Origin: Amoebidium appalachense
Lineage: Eukaryota; Protista; Ichthyosporea
DNA length: 64,000 nucleotides
Direction: 5' to 3'
NCBI GenBank assembly: GCA_963693365.1
Contig: CAVNZM010000010.1
Location: 5,829,794-5,893,793, forward strand
Part shown: positions 41,487-53,612 of the stretch, in pieces
Position numbering within the stretch: the first letter of the stretch is position 1
Layout: each line of letters begins with the position of its first letter
Notes under the pieces: model-generated
Told to the model about the DNA's origin: nothing
What the model saw: the letters and a program-made list of their open reading frames with translations, nothing else
Databases searched by the model: none
Position numbers and translations under genes: made by a program

Positions 41487-44400
41487 CTACCCTAAAGAAG
41501 GAAACAGTGTCCCTAACGCGCAATGGCCAAGGACACCCCTTCATCTATCCAAATCTACCTAACTTGCTTTTGTGATAGTTTTAAAGCTTTGTGAATTTCT
41601 TTGTGTTTCTGAGCTCTACAGTGTACTCACCCGGGCTTGGCCGTATGTGTAGGAAAATAATAATTAGCACTGGAGTAATTCTGATTCCCACACACTGAGT
41701 GCATCCTCGGTTCTGACAAACGCATCCATATAGTATCTTGGATAGAAGTGGTGAATGGCCGCCAAAACCGTTCGACAGTGGGCCAGCCCATTGTGCAGCC
41801 GTGAAGGTCTTGGATCATAATACAGCTCTGCAGCATAACTGCTTAGAAGCTCATCAATAACCCAGACATTTTCGCACCGGTCGATAGCCCGGGTAGTCTT
41901 ACACCAGCCAACAAATCGGTCTAGCACCCTATCATAATGACGGATGATAGCTGATTGTCTGTCGATGTTCAATACCCGTGCCACCCTGGGACTCGGAACG
42001 ATTGCGCGTGTCACTGACGGTTCATCCGCGGGGTTATGTGCTGACGGCACCCACACCCAGGATGGACGCACTGCTGCTGCGCACAGGAGAGCTGCCACTC
42101 TTCTACAGAGGTGGTTCAGGCGCCGAGAGCTTGATCTCCCCTTCGCCACAGCATACACTAACGCTGTGTTGTCAATAAGATGTGCGACCCGTGTGTGATG
42201 ATTACGTGGAGCTCGTACAAAACGACGAAGTGACAAAAGCAACGCATGTCCCTCTAAAATGGTGATGTGATCTGTGTGCTGCCACCGTGCGGAAATGGGA
42301 TGGTACCACTGCAAGCCATCCACCATCTCCAACAAGCTAGCGGCGCATGCGGGGGGCTCCGGCTCAAGTGACTGGGGAACGGAGGTGGGCTCTTCAATTT
42401 CATTTGCAACATAAACATCGCTGCGCTCGACCGATGACGGCATATAACGAGGGTCGCCGGCCTTCGTGTCGTGCCCGTCGAGGGAAAGAAAGGAATACCC
42501 GGGTTTTGAGACGGACTGGGACAGCGCCAATAACGATTGCTCGACCGTGACATTGGCAACCGACACCCCTGCGCCAGTCATGGACACATCCGAGGCCAGC
42601 ACGACGGAGGCTGGCTGAGCCGACAGATCACACACCACCAAGGGAGATAATGCAATCAACATAGACAATTCGACCTTAACTGCGAGGGGAATAGTGAGAT
42701 CTGTCAGTGGCGTTGTGGCATTGGAGTAAACAAACTCGTAGCAAGATTCCAACACTGAGAAAAGGCACCTATTCAAAAGTAACAACCAAGCCCAGCCCCC
42801 CAACAACCGGGATAAATTTCGTGGAGACACTGCTTGCAGGCGTAAAACGACTTCAGTGTCAGCCAGAAGCTTGGCTAGCTTAGAAGAGTCGGGTCGAATT
42901 TTACCGTCGGACCCAATGGCGAGACCGAGTGCCACCATTTCGGGTGTAGTTCGGGCTGCTCGCACCGTCTTTGACGGCTTGATTTCGAATCCGTTTTCCT
43001 CGCCTGCTAGCCCCGCTGCTGTCATCTCCGAATTCACCCTAGATTCTTCGAACCCTATCCCCACCCAATCATCAACGTAGATCAAATGAACGGAATCCGA
43101 TTGGTTGCTCATGGAATGTGCCGGCGGAAAATTTGATTGGATGCATCTGTCGACCCGAAGAGGAGGGTGGATCATGAAATCGTGAGACCTCTGGGCAAGA
43201 AACGGGGCCCATTTCCACCCCATCGGCATCGACAAGACACGTGGGAACACCAACCGATCCAAGCCAGGCAACCCCGCCGCCTTGGAGGAGACCGGGGGGA
43301 GGCCTTGATACCACGACAACCACTCTGGAACCCGAAACCGATGATAGAAATTTGAAAAATCATACTTGGCTACAACCAGGACGGAATTTTTAGGGATGAT
43401 GATGCTACACAAGTCCGACGGGCTGGGAAAAAGGGGATTGGGGGGATCAACCATAACTGCATTCATAGGACGGGCATCCATAATAAGACGATCTTCTTTC
43501 TCATCTTTTTCAACTGCAAATAAACCATTTATGACTTTCGGGGGCTCATCGGATTCCGAAAAAGCAATCATGCCACAATCAAACATTCGCTTGGCTAATA
43601 GGGGCCACTCATCTGGTGACGAGAAGGCAAAGACAGGACGCCCGGGAGTGGGGTGGGATTCCTCTGCACCCTCAGTGGTGCTCTCAGTCGCCCTCTGCCC
43701 CATCCCGCAAGCTCCGTGCACGGGCGACTCCTCGGTCGCAGTGGGCTCAGACCCACTCTCACCGTGACCCTCACTCGACTCTGACACCACCAATGCATCG
43801 GGCGTCTCCAGCAACACCCTCAGGTCAGGGGGAAGGACCGAAAGGAGAGGGACAGTGGCACCAAATCCCGGAGGGGGAAGGGCCATTCGTTCAGCAACTA
43901 TGGGGGTGAAAGCTTTAGTATGGTTAAAGTATGGAAAAGAATCAGAAACGGCCGCTAAGGGGACATTGCTGATCCTGCGGCGCATATCTGAGCAAGAAGA
44001 AAGAATGTGAAACATAGCTTTTTCTTGTGTTGGCGTGGGTGCATGGGAAAAGTGCGTGGGTTTAGGAGGAGGTGTGGGAAAAAAGTGCGTGGAAAAGAGA
44101 GGAGCTGTGGTGGAAATGTGTGTGTGTGCTGAGGTAGAGGCGTGGTGCACATGTTGCCGAACATCATCCCTAGGAGAGCCTAACGAGCTAGGCAGCTCAT
44201 TATTATACAAAGCATTGATTGATGCTATAGCTCTGTTTGCCATTTGAAATAAAATCCACTTCCTATTAAACCTACATCTACGTCTTGGAGACGTGAAACG
44301 ACAACCGAGACCCAACAGCGGAACAGGAAATAAAGGGAGGGGTAACATTTCTTGAGGCACGTGTGGGAAAGAACCAAACTCAGCTGGTTCCGTGGCAGCT

Positions 44401-45352
44401 GTGTTCGGGAACGAAGGCTGTGGACCGTGGCCTCCCCCTGCCTCAGCTGGGCAGCTGCCGGAGGCGCAGGGGGGTACGAATCTGTGGAAGCTGGGCCTAG
44501 GCATCCTTGATGCCATCGAGCCCACACACGCGCCACCGTGACCCCCCCCCCGCACCTCCCCACAGGGGGAGGCCGTGTGTTTACACCGAGCTCGACTACC
44601 TAGTAGAGACCGTGCATTGACTCACAATGTCGTATATAAGAGGGTTCTGCTCGGGAAGAAGAGAGGCTCACTTGCCCATGTCAAGGAAAGCAGAGCACGT
44701 ATTTGTAATGCTTGGAGTTCAGAAATTTCACTGTGACTGTATAGGCAGAGAGACAGACAAAATTTACGTAGTTTTTCACTCTACAAGACTCCTCAGCGCT
44801 AGCGAGCTAATCAGCATGCTGAAGGGAAAAGACAAATGTAAAAGTCGTATTAATATCTAGAGCGAAAAAAGGAACCTTGAAAATGAGGAGAACGAGCTGG
44901 TTAACGTTGAGTTGCCAGAATTCGTGTGACAATTGCAGAAATCAACAGAAAAAAGGACAGCTAGCTAAGGCAACTAGTTTGTGCGCTTTTACACTAGCAC
45001 CACCAAACTTAGTTCAACCAACTAACTCTACAAATCCCTTTTACCTCTGATGCCAGACACTCACACAAACGCTAAAACGGAAACCAAAGACTGAAATCCA
45101 AACGACATGTACTCCTTTTTATACCCGTTCCCACGATGCATTTGGAATTTGAAGCCAGACTGAAGAAACCAATCAAATGCTTTAAAATCTGAGCAAATCA
45201 GAACATGCAATCAAAACCGAACCACATTAACTATATATGGAAACCAGCAATCCAACACAACTAATGCATGACAAATAACCAATCACCTCACCGCAATGCC
45301 ACTCGGTGGATCTTCGTCTCTCACCGCTGCCTCCTCCCGCTTGAAAACCACA
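40423..45352 (-). mobile_element. Tyrosine-recombinase (DIRS-order) retrotransposon with split direct repeats, Ngaro/PAT-type; lacks the YR catalytic domain
   Basis: On the minus strand: A1 (45352-44938), ORF, B1 (41550-41196), A2 (41195-40781), B2 (40756-40423). Removing the element restores the Gypsy LTR exactly, with no TSD. Confidence 0.92.
41664..44555 (-). CDS. DIRS-type reverse transcriptase/RNase H fused in frame to a YR N-terminal (SAM-like) segment
   Basis: RT motifs: FAVEK..RLIMDAR..N, DFSNFYH, SMPMGWKWAP, YVDD. RNase H motifs: ASDVS, HITILE, IDN, WVPSAHNPADEPS. These are followed by HYDRVLDRFVGWC..DELLSSY..LAAIHHF. The start codon is uncertain. Confidence 0.88.
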   Translation of the reverse strand: MRGGGHGGACVGSMASRMPRPSFHRFVPPCASGSCPAEAGGGHGPQPSFPNTAATEPAEFGSFPHVPQEMLPLPLFPVPLLGLGCRFTSPRRRCRFNRKWILFQMANRAIASINALYNNELPSSLGSPRDDVRQHVHHASTSAHTHISTTAPLFSTHFFPTPPPKPTHFSHAPTPTQEKAMFHILSSCSDMRRRISNVPLAAVSDSFPYFNHTKAFTPIVAERMALPPPGFGATVPLLSVLPPDLRVLLETPDALVVSESSEGHGESGSEPTATEESPVHGACGMGQRATESTTEGAEESHPTPGRPVFAFSSPDEWPLLAKRMFDCGMIAFSESDEPPKVINGLFAVEKDEKEDRLIMDARPMNAVMVDPPNPLFPSPSDLCSIIIPKNSVLVVAKYDFSNFYHRFRVPEWLSWYQGLPPVSSKAAGLPGLDRLVFPRVLSMPMGWKWAPFLAQRSHDFMIHPPLRVDRCIQSNFPPAHSMSNQSDSVHLIYVDDWVGIGFEESRVNSEMTAAGLAGEENGFEIKPSKTVRAARTTPEMVALGLAIGSDGKIRPDSSKLAKLLADTEVVLRLQAVSPRNLSRLLGGWAWLLLLNRCLFSVLESCYEFVYSNATTPLTDLTIPLAVKVELSMLIALSPLVVCDLSAQPASVVLASDVSMTGAGVSVANVTVEQSLLALSQSVSKPGYSFLSLDGHDTKAGDPRYMPSSVERSDVYVANEIEEPTSVPQSLEPEPPACAASLLEMVDGLQWYHPISARWQHTDHITILEGHALLLSLRRFVRAPRNHHTRVAHLIDNTALVYAVAKGRSSSRRLNHLCRRVAALLCAAAVRPSWVWVPSAHNPADEPSVTRAIVPSPRVARVLNIDRQSAIIRHYDRVLDRFVGWCKTTRAIDRCENVWVIDELLSSYAAELYYDPRPSRLHNGLAHCRTVLAAIHHFYPRYYMDAFVRTEDALSVWESELLQC

Positions 45353-45511
45353 GCGCCGGCAGAGGCAAGATGCACGCAGCTGCCAGACAGCTATCTTGAG
45401 GCCTCGGACTTGATCTTGATGATCTGTGGACCCGGGCCACCCCCCCCCCCCCCCCCCCCGATCTCGATCGTAGACTTAGGCTGATCTGCTGAGACGGATT
45501 AGTATATGTCA
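45353..45511 (-). repeat. Gypsy 3' LTR, right segment
   Basis: Matches 53033-53195 apart from C-run length. Confidence 0.95.
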
Positions 45512-45778
45512 ACTCCCCCCCCGGCCCCCGGAAAAGCTGAGTCCCACCTCAGTCACATTACATCTAACACCCCCTAAAAAGACATAGACTAATCAGTCTC
45601 CTAAAAAAAATTTAAATAAATAAATTACGAAGAAAAATAATAAATTAATCTACACCATAAGCTTGATACCTACGGAGACACCTATGATAATAAATTAAAT
45701 TCCTACGACTACGTTCACACTCCTCCTCGGTCTCCTCCCATCCCTCCCCCTCCCCCCGTGTGTCTACGTGTATTTGCA

Positions 45779-48700
45779 TCACTCCCCCCCCCCGGCCCCC
45801 TCCCCCACCGACTTTTTCACACCACGATTAAACTGAGGAATAACTCTCTTTGGCCGAGAGGGAGCACTAGGCAACTCCCTCTGCACTAATCTAGCCTCAT
45901 AAGCACGAATAGAAAACGGGCAATCCAAATGAAACTCAGGCAACCACTGATCTTCCTGATAACCTCCCTCAAAACGAATTAAATAATAATTTACCTTACC
46001 TTCCTTACCTTCGATAACCTTTTTATCCATAATTTTATCTACTGCAGCCTCCGATACATCCACCGACCCGTCATAGTCGGGGGTGAATGCATCTAACACT
46101 CGACGGCCCTCCGGCCGTTTAACCCTAAGGGCCCTATCATAATATTCCTTTATATCATCTACATTATAAAATCTAACATCACTCTCATTATCTAACCTCT
46201 GCACCTTATATTCCGTCGGACCTAACCTAGCCACTATTTTATACGGGCCAATGAAAAGAGGCAACCATTTCTTACCATACTTACGAAGACCTTCACCTTC
46301 ACCCTTACCTTCCTGCTCCTGCTTATATCTCTTTTTCCTAGTATGATCCCTAATTAAAACTAAAGTACCCTCGGCAAATTCACGTAACGGACGTGTGGAC
46401 ACGTCTGCACGTGTCTGTGCCTGCTGTGTACGGGCCAGAGCTGCATCACGTGCAGCCCGGGCCCGGGTTAGTAGCTGCTCCCGGAACTCAGTCCAGTGGG
46501 GATAAGTTAGTCGGTCAGCCCCCCCCATCGGCAAAAGTGCCGTATCTAACAAACTAATAGCCTCCTGCCCATAGACCAAATAAAACGGAGAAAAACCAGT
46601 CACAGCATGAGGGGTAGAATTATACGAATGAGCAATAAACCTAGACATATGATCCCAATCATTAGCCTCCACATCCACCATTTTGCCAAAGGACTTCTGA
46701 AACACTGCATGCACACGTTCAGAGATGGCATTTGCTTGAGGGTGATATGCAGACGTAGTGATATGAGCTACCCTTAAAATTTTACACACCTCCGACACCA
46801 ACTGATTTAAAAACACACGACTCCTATCCGTTAACAAAACACGAGGACAACCAAACCTAAGACAAATTTCATCCACAAAAATACGAGCAAACAAAACGGC
46901 ATTAGCAGTGGGGAGAGGAAAAACTTCAACCCAACGAGTGGCCACATCGGTGACGGTAACAAGAACAGTGTTACCCTCAACCGTAGAATTAAAAGGACCG
47001 ACCACATCCACTGCTACCCTTTCAAACATACGAACATTAAAATCCCTAATAAACGACGGGCGGGAACGAGAGTGGGGACTCTCATTCCTTTCCTGACAAT
47101 GCATGCATGACAACACATAATCCCTCACCTCCCTACTCATACCCGGCCAAAAATACGAACGATTAACACGAAGCAACGTCCTATTTACACCTAAATGACC
47201 AGCCATGGGATGCTCATGCACCATATGCAAAACCTCAGGCACAAGTGCCGTCGGGACCCAAACTCGGTGTCCGTCTGGCCCAGAACAATGATAAACTAAA
47301 TCCTGCTCTACCTGACACATTTTTGCTAACTTAGCTACCTTAATCATCTGCCTTTTATTTTTAAATTTAATCGAATCAACCGGCCCCTTTAAATAATTCT
47401 TAACCAGACCAATCAACACATCTTCCTCTTGAGCTAAGATCAAAGCCGTAGGTGCTAAGGCAGGGGCCGAGCCATGAGACTCGGTCCCGACCTCAGACAC
47501 TGACAAATACCTCCCCCCCCCCTCCCCTACACTTATAAGCAAGCAACCCCGGAGCCCAAGAAGACACATCAACAGACACAGCATCTATTCCTTTCTGCTC
47601 ACTCTCCCCCCCCTTCCCCCCCTCCCCCCCCCGTCTCTCACTAGCCCCCCCCTCCCCCTCCTTCTCTTCTTCAAACAAAATATAAGCAGCACGAGAGAGA
47701 GCATCACAGTCAACCATTGTTTCACCCTTGGCATAAAACAATTTATAGGAGAACGCACCGAGAGCCGCGGCCCACTTCTGCATCCTCTCGTTGACCAGAC
47801 GAGTGGTGCCGGCCATGGCTAGGCAGGGCTTGTGGTCGGTGTAGACCTCAAACGTCCTGCCTGCGAGTATATACCTCCATGCCTGTGAGACTGCCCAAAA
47901 GATAGCATGGGACTCTCTCTCCGGATTGCTATATCTACGTTCACTTTTACTAAATGAACGACTAGCATAAGCAATCACTCTATCCTGCCCCTCCTGCACT
48001 TGATATAACACGGCCCCCTCAGCAACCTTACTTGCATCACACCGAACTTTAAACATCCCCCCCCCGGCCGAAAAATCAGGATGAACAAGCATACTCGAAG
48101 ACTGCAAAGCTAACTTAAGCTTTTCGAAAGCCGAAACAGCATCAACATTCCAATCTATTCTATTCTTCTTCTCCCCCCCGTCTGACTAGTTAACGGCAAA
48201 GCAAGCATACTATAATCCTTAATATAACGACGAAGATAATTAGTTAAACCTAAAAATTGCCTTAGTTGAGTGACAGTCTGAGGACGGGGCCACTCAACTA
48301 TGGCCCGGATTTTCTCCGGATCAGGGGAAAGACCATTACTAGACACAATATGACCTAAAAACTTAACCTCCGGCACACCAATCACAGTCTTGCTACCGCT
48401 AATGCGAAGACCAGACTCACCCAAAGCTAAAAATACTTTTTCACAATTATTAACTAGCTCCTCAAATGACCTACCTTTAATTAAAACATCATCCAAATAA
48501 GGGTGGCATACATCCAAATGGGGGTGGAGAATTTTATACATTACCCGGCACAACATAGCTGGAGAGGAGAGCAAACCCATCGGCACCACCTTGTACTGGA
48601 ACAGCTGGTCACCCAGTGCAAAGGCAGTCTTCTCCTTGCTGCTCTCCTCCAACCTTATCTGCCAAAAAGCTGCTTTTAAATCAAGTTTAGCAAAGTGAGT

Positions 48701-50797
48701 ATAGCCGTGCAGCTGTGAAAGCTGCTCGTCTATGTTAGGGAGAGGCCATTGGTCTGCCTTAGTGATCCGATTCAGAGCCCTGTAATCGTTCACTAGACGC
48801 CAAGACCCGTCGGGCTTCTTAACCAATAGCACCGGACTTCTCCACGGACTCGAACTATGCTCCACATGACCCTTTTTTAACATATCACTCACTATTATTA
48901 GCGCATCCGACAATTTATACTGCTCCATTCTATAGCTAGGCATCACTACCGGCCTATTATCACCTGTGTCGATCTGCATTTCAAACCCTTTAACGAAGCC
49001 TACTTCGTTATCATCGGCCAGAAATGCAAACCGAGTCCTATCAAATAACTTAGCTAGCAATTTTTTCTGTTCTACCGTCCAATCCCCCTCCTTCATACCA
49101 AACGGCAATACTAACTCCGGGTTACCCCCATCACAAGTGGATGCATCCTTATTCACCGGAGTGCCACTTAACATTTCACCTCCTGTATTACATCGGTGCT
49201 GCTCGGGGTGAGGTTGAGGTACCTCCGGATATAGGCGGTCACCCTTAGCACCCCCCCCTCCCCCCGGCACACCAATGCCCCCGGGCAATTCCTGATGAGT
49301 TAGTGCATGTATGTGGGGGGCCAGGTCTGTGGCCACCCTGCCCCCCACGGTGTTGGTTAACCCGTCAGATCCACGGGTTAGACCAACACCCTCCCCCCCT
49401 GCCTGCACATTCTCACACCCGGGGTGACCCTCCTTCCTCTTGGGGGTCGGGGGAGTGGGACCGGTGCTGTCCCGGTCCCCCCCCCCATCGTGTCGGGTGA
49501 CATTTTGGTGGCTAACGTTAAATAAAGTTGTTCCCCCTCCTCCTGAGTCACCCTTCGAGCCGGCATCCTCCTTTTGGGTAATAAGAGAGACCTCTATACT
49601 ACCAATCTCATTAGTGAAACTACCGACGGAAACACCTGACCTAATCACTATAGGCTCGATGCCCGGATTCACTAATTCTATTTCTATTGTCTTATCCGGC
49701 CATACCCTACTAAGGGTCCATTGAGCCACCTCCTGAAATGGGGTTTTCGGAGTAAAAACCCCTAAATCCCCTATCCTAACATGATTGCCGGCCCGGACAC
49801 GTACCGTTTGGCACTGATAAGGCTCGATTACTACTTCAGCTACCGTTCTAGCACCAGACTGATAACTGTCGAGCCCATCATGGGTTTTAATTGTAACGCC
49901 GGACTGCAATTCTAAAACATTCGTACGTTCAAACAAAGCATTCACATGTCTACGGAAAAATGGGGCTCCCAACAAAACACTTTGAGCTAAATCCTTAACC
50001 ACATAACAAGCAATATGGATAGCCTGGCCACCTATCTCACACGGCAACACACAAACACCTTCCACAGACATACTACTATTATTAGCACTACCTAAGGCTG
50101 TGCTAGAAGCATCTAAAATAGGAATTTCCCCCCCGGCCTGATTAAAACGACGAATAAACGAAGCATGCACACAATTAACCTGAGCCCCTCCATCGAGCAA
50201 AGCAACAGCCTTCAACTTACCATCAGCTAACCATACGTCTATATAATGCCGGCTAAAACCAACTAAATCCTCCTCCAATTCAAGCAACACATCATCACTC
50301 ACACCCAATCCAGGCTGCCCACGAAGACTCACACCCTCGATACCTACGTGCAACATACCTACCTGTGGTGCCTGCACGGGTGGGGTGGGGTGTGTATGTG
50401 GTGTGGGTGGTGGTGGAGTGTGTGTGTGTGGTGTGTGGGTGGGTGGTGTGTGTGTGTGTGTGGGTGTGTGTGTGGGTGTAGGTGTGTCTGCAACCGTCGT
50501 ATGTTGTTGTGGTGGTGTGTTTCTACGTGTCTGTGCCTTCCCCCCCCTTCCCCCTTTACTCGTGTGTGTCCCCCCCCCTCCCGGAAACAATGGCACAGAA
50601 ACCCCCTCCGGTGTGGTTAGAATAAACACCGGGTTGGGACAAGAAACACTGAGACCATCCACTTGTGGCTGGGGAACCTCCCCCAACCACAAAACATTCA
50701 CACCATTCATACCTTTGGTAGAGTCACCCCACAAACATTCATGCCATACCACCTCGACGCTGTCTTGAGGACCCACGACGATGCCCGGCTCCCACAC
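45779..50797 (-). CDS. pol: Gypsy pol (protease, RT, RNase H, integrase, chromodomain), broken by frameshifts at G homopolymers
   Basis: PR: ALLDGGAQVN. RT: SPWRSPVLLVKK, DYRALN, LDLKAAFWQ, YLDD. RH: CDAS, TDHKP. IN: H..GH..CMHC, VDVVGP, TDRS, NAISER, PLFIGPY. Chromodomain: VDKIMD..YLIRFEG..DQWLP. Frame breaks near 48175 and 47500-47650 coincide with homopolymer runs. Confidence 0.93.
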
Positions 50798-50922
50798 GTA
50801 TCGGGGGGCAAAGGGAAGCTTAACCTGGGGTGGGGGAGGGTGAAGGTTCTCTGCAACCTGGGGGGGACCGATACTGTCCCCCCCCCTCCCTCAGTGACCC
50901 CAGCTTCCCCCTCCCCCGGAAC

Positions 50923-52316
50923 TCAATAGCTCTTGTAACTACGGCAATATGCAGCAGAGTGCCCTTGCCGGCCACAAAAGTAACATGCACCAAAGAAGGG
51001 GCCAGGGGGGACTTCAAAACCTTGGCGCAAAGCATAACCGGGAGCCCGGTCATGCTGGGGGGGCCCACCGTGTGCACCACGGCCCCCCCAGGGTGACGTC
51101 ACAACCAAAAATGTAAACTTTACAATTTCTCCCATTGTCTGTTGCCCTTCCCCCCTGCCCCCCTCGGCCTCTCTCACCACCATTTCCACCCCTCCCTCTA
51201 CCCTGCCCACCACCACGAGCAAGATAAGGGGCAAACCTCTCGGTGAACTGCTGCTGTTGTCCTCCACGTCCACCTCGGCCACGACCGCCGTGTCCACCCC
51301 GGTCGCCGCCACGGCCACCCCCGGAAGCCGAAGCCCCCTCGGCCAGAAAAGACGGCCTGGGAGAGCTCGGCAACCTGCTTGACCAACATGGTGAGTGCAT
51401 CTGGCTGTTCATCCTCTTTTTTCTCTTTTTCCCCCTTCTGTCCACTCTCCTTCTTTTTCTTGTCTACTTCCATCACCTCCTTTTTATCCCTCTTATTGAA
51501 CTTCACCTCGTGCATGGCAAGCAAGTGACGTTTAACATGCAACACCACCTCATCTACATCATCATGCTCCCCAAACATGCGTGCAGTGTCTGTGTTTACA
51601 GAGAGAGCCTTACGAGCAAACTCGAATTTTTCCCTATCACTCACGTCACCAGCTAACTCACAAAGGTCTTCAAAGACCCGATATTCCCTCTCAAAGAATG
51701 CACGAGCTTCTACGGGGGACATATCTAAAGTGGGAAAGGTATACTTCCATTCTCTGAGCTGGGCCCGGAAGGTACGGCGCCGGTCGGCCGTCAGGTATCG
51801 GCCGACGAGCCGGGCCGTATACTCGAGCTCGTTTTCCGGCCGTGTGAAGGCCTCGAGCTCCCCGTCCACGTCGTCGGTGCTGTTCTCGTCCTCGTCGTCG
51901 GGGATGAATCGTGCGGCCAGACGTTTCTGGCCGAGGGTCCGGGACACCATCTCGTCCCTCCCCTCGTCGTACTGCTGCTCGTATATACGAGCCGTCACCT
52001 GGGGGGCCTGCTCGGCCCGGTACGGGTGCTCCTCCATCAGGGTGCATAAGTCGGCCATTGTTTTGTGGTCGATGCACTGTTTGATCATTAAGCACGAGGC
52101 CGCCACAGTGGGGGCCTTCTTTGTGTCTAATACTAGTGTGGGTGTGTTAGCTAGGAGTGTCCTAAGCCACCTAGGTATTTCCGAGTCGTGTTTGAGTGTA
52201 AAACTGAAAGCTGTGGTTTGTCTAACGTCTAGTGTATGAACCTGTGGGACCTGTGTGTGCAGGGAGCTATCCTCCGCTGCCAATGCGTAGAACATGTCTA
52301 CGTTAAACTTAGCCAT
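50923..52316 (-). CDS. gag: Gypsy gag with an RGG-rich region and a CCHC zinc knuckle; frameshifted
   Basis: ATG at 52316 just inside the 5' LTR. CYFCGRQGHSAAYC precedes the TGA at 50923-50925. At least one frameshift lies around 51100-51330. Confidence 0.8.
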
Positions 52317-52354
52317 TGTGTAGTGTGTGCCCTAACTCGTGTGGTTGGTTTTAT

Positions 52355-52386
<32 letters not shown>

Positions 52387-52475
52387 CTGTGTGTTTGAGG
52401 TGTAGCAACAGCCCAGAAGGAACTGTCACCGCGTTACCCTAGCGCGAAAAACCGCACTAAAAGAAAGGTGTAGCT

Positions 52476-53195
52476 TGTCGTATCCTAATGTATGTGTACT
52501 AGAGACGCGGCACTCTACTAAGTGTACACACACGAAAAGGAACGAACGTGTACGGAAAAACGGTAAAGTTTATTCAGACCAGGCTCCGACGGGCAAACTT
52601 AGATCCGTACGGAATGAGTCTAAGTTACGACTGAGGCCATCAAGGCCGTGCCCTCAAAGATCATCATCACCTGGCCCCCCTACGATGCCACATTCCAAAC
52701 ATTCCGATCTACTTTTATCGTGTGCCTGCACGAGCTAAGTCGATCTACTCAACTAATATATTTATCCATGTCTCACCCCTCACCCTCCCCCTAGTGGCAC
52801 CGCAGAGTCTAAATCTACATTTCATACTATCCTCCCCCCCCCTCCCTCCCCCCCTTTCCTCTACATCTAAATATATAAATATGTTTGGCAACATACACTA
52901 TCAAACCTTGCCAATACTTACAAAAGGGCTTCTGCCCGAACAATCACATTCCTAAGTCCTCCTACGATCTATCCTACACACTAATTAGAATTCTATTGGA
53001 CGGCTGTCCCGGCTGACGTGGTCCAATGCCCTGCGCCGGCAGAGGCAAGATGCACGCAGCTGCCAGACAGCTATCTTGAGGCCTCGGACTTGATCTTGAT
53101 GATCTGTGGACCCGGGCCACCCCCCCCCCCCCCCCCCCCCCCCGATCTCGATCGTAGACTTAGGCTGATCTGCTGAGACGGATTAGTATATGTCA
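52476..53195 (-). repeat. Gypsy 5' LTR (720 bp)
   Basis: TGTCGTATCC...TATATGTCA, followed by the TSD AACTT. Confidence 0.95.
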
Positions 53196-53225
53196 AACTT
53201 CTTACGAGGACCTCTGACCAAGCAT

Positions 53226-53612
53226 CTACTGCCCGGCCTTGGGATGGGGCTGGAAAGGGTAGTCTGCAGGCAGGCCGGTCTTCACCAGAACATCCCACGT
53301 AAACGCCTTGAAGGCTTCCACCTCCCTCTGGTGCTTCTGCTCCTGTATCTCCAGCTTGTGCTCAAACAACTCCCTCTGGGCAGCCATTTCCTTTTCCTTG
53401 CTACGCAGCTCAACCTCGAAGACCGCCTGAGTCTTGCTGATCTTTTCCTTTAGAGCTTCCTTTAGAGCTACCTCCTTGACCTCGAAGACCGCTTGAGTCT
53501 TGCTGATCTTTTCCTCCAGAACTGCAGTGCGCTGACGGTTTGCCTCAACGTAATGCAACGTAGCCCCCGAACGTCCCAAACAGGGCCACCGCTGCGGTAA
53601 TATTTGTTGCAT
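53226..53612 (-). pseudogene. Intronless coiled-coil ORF of unknown family next to the Gypsy insertion
   Basis: E/K-rich heptad-like sequence with an internal duplication of EKISKTQAVFEV. Confidence 0.35.

Larger units (their letters stand above)
39865..53195 (-). mobile_element. Full-length Ty3/Gypsy LTR retrotransposon with a chromodomain integrase
   Basis: TG...CA LTRs at 52476-53195 (5') and 39865-40422 + 45353-45511 (3', split by an insertion). 5-bp TSD AACTT at 39860-39864 and 53196-53200. Polypurine tract adjacent to 45512. Domain order gag-PR-RT-RH-IN. Confidence 0.95.

Noticed and set aside
47493-48180. Programmed frameshifts inside Gypsy pol, and similarly in the LINE and Copia
   Set aside because: The breaks fall in G/C homopolymers within conserved domains, so sequencing error or slippage is the simpler explanation.
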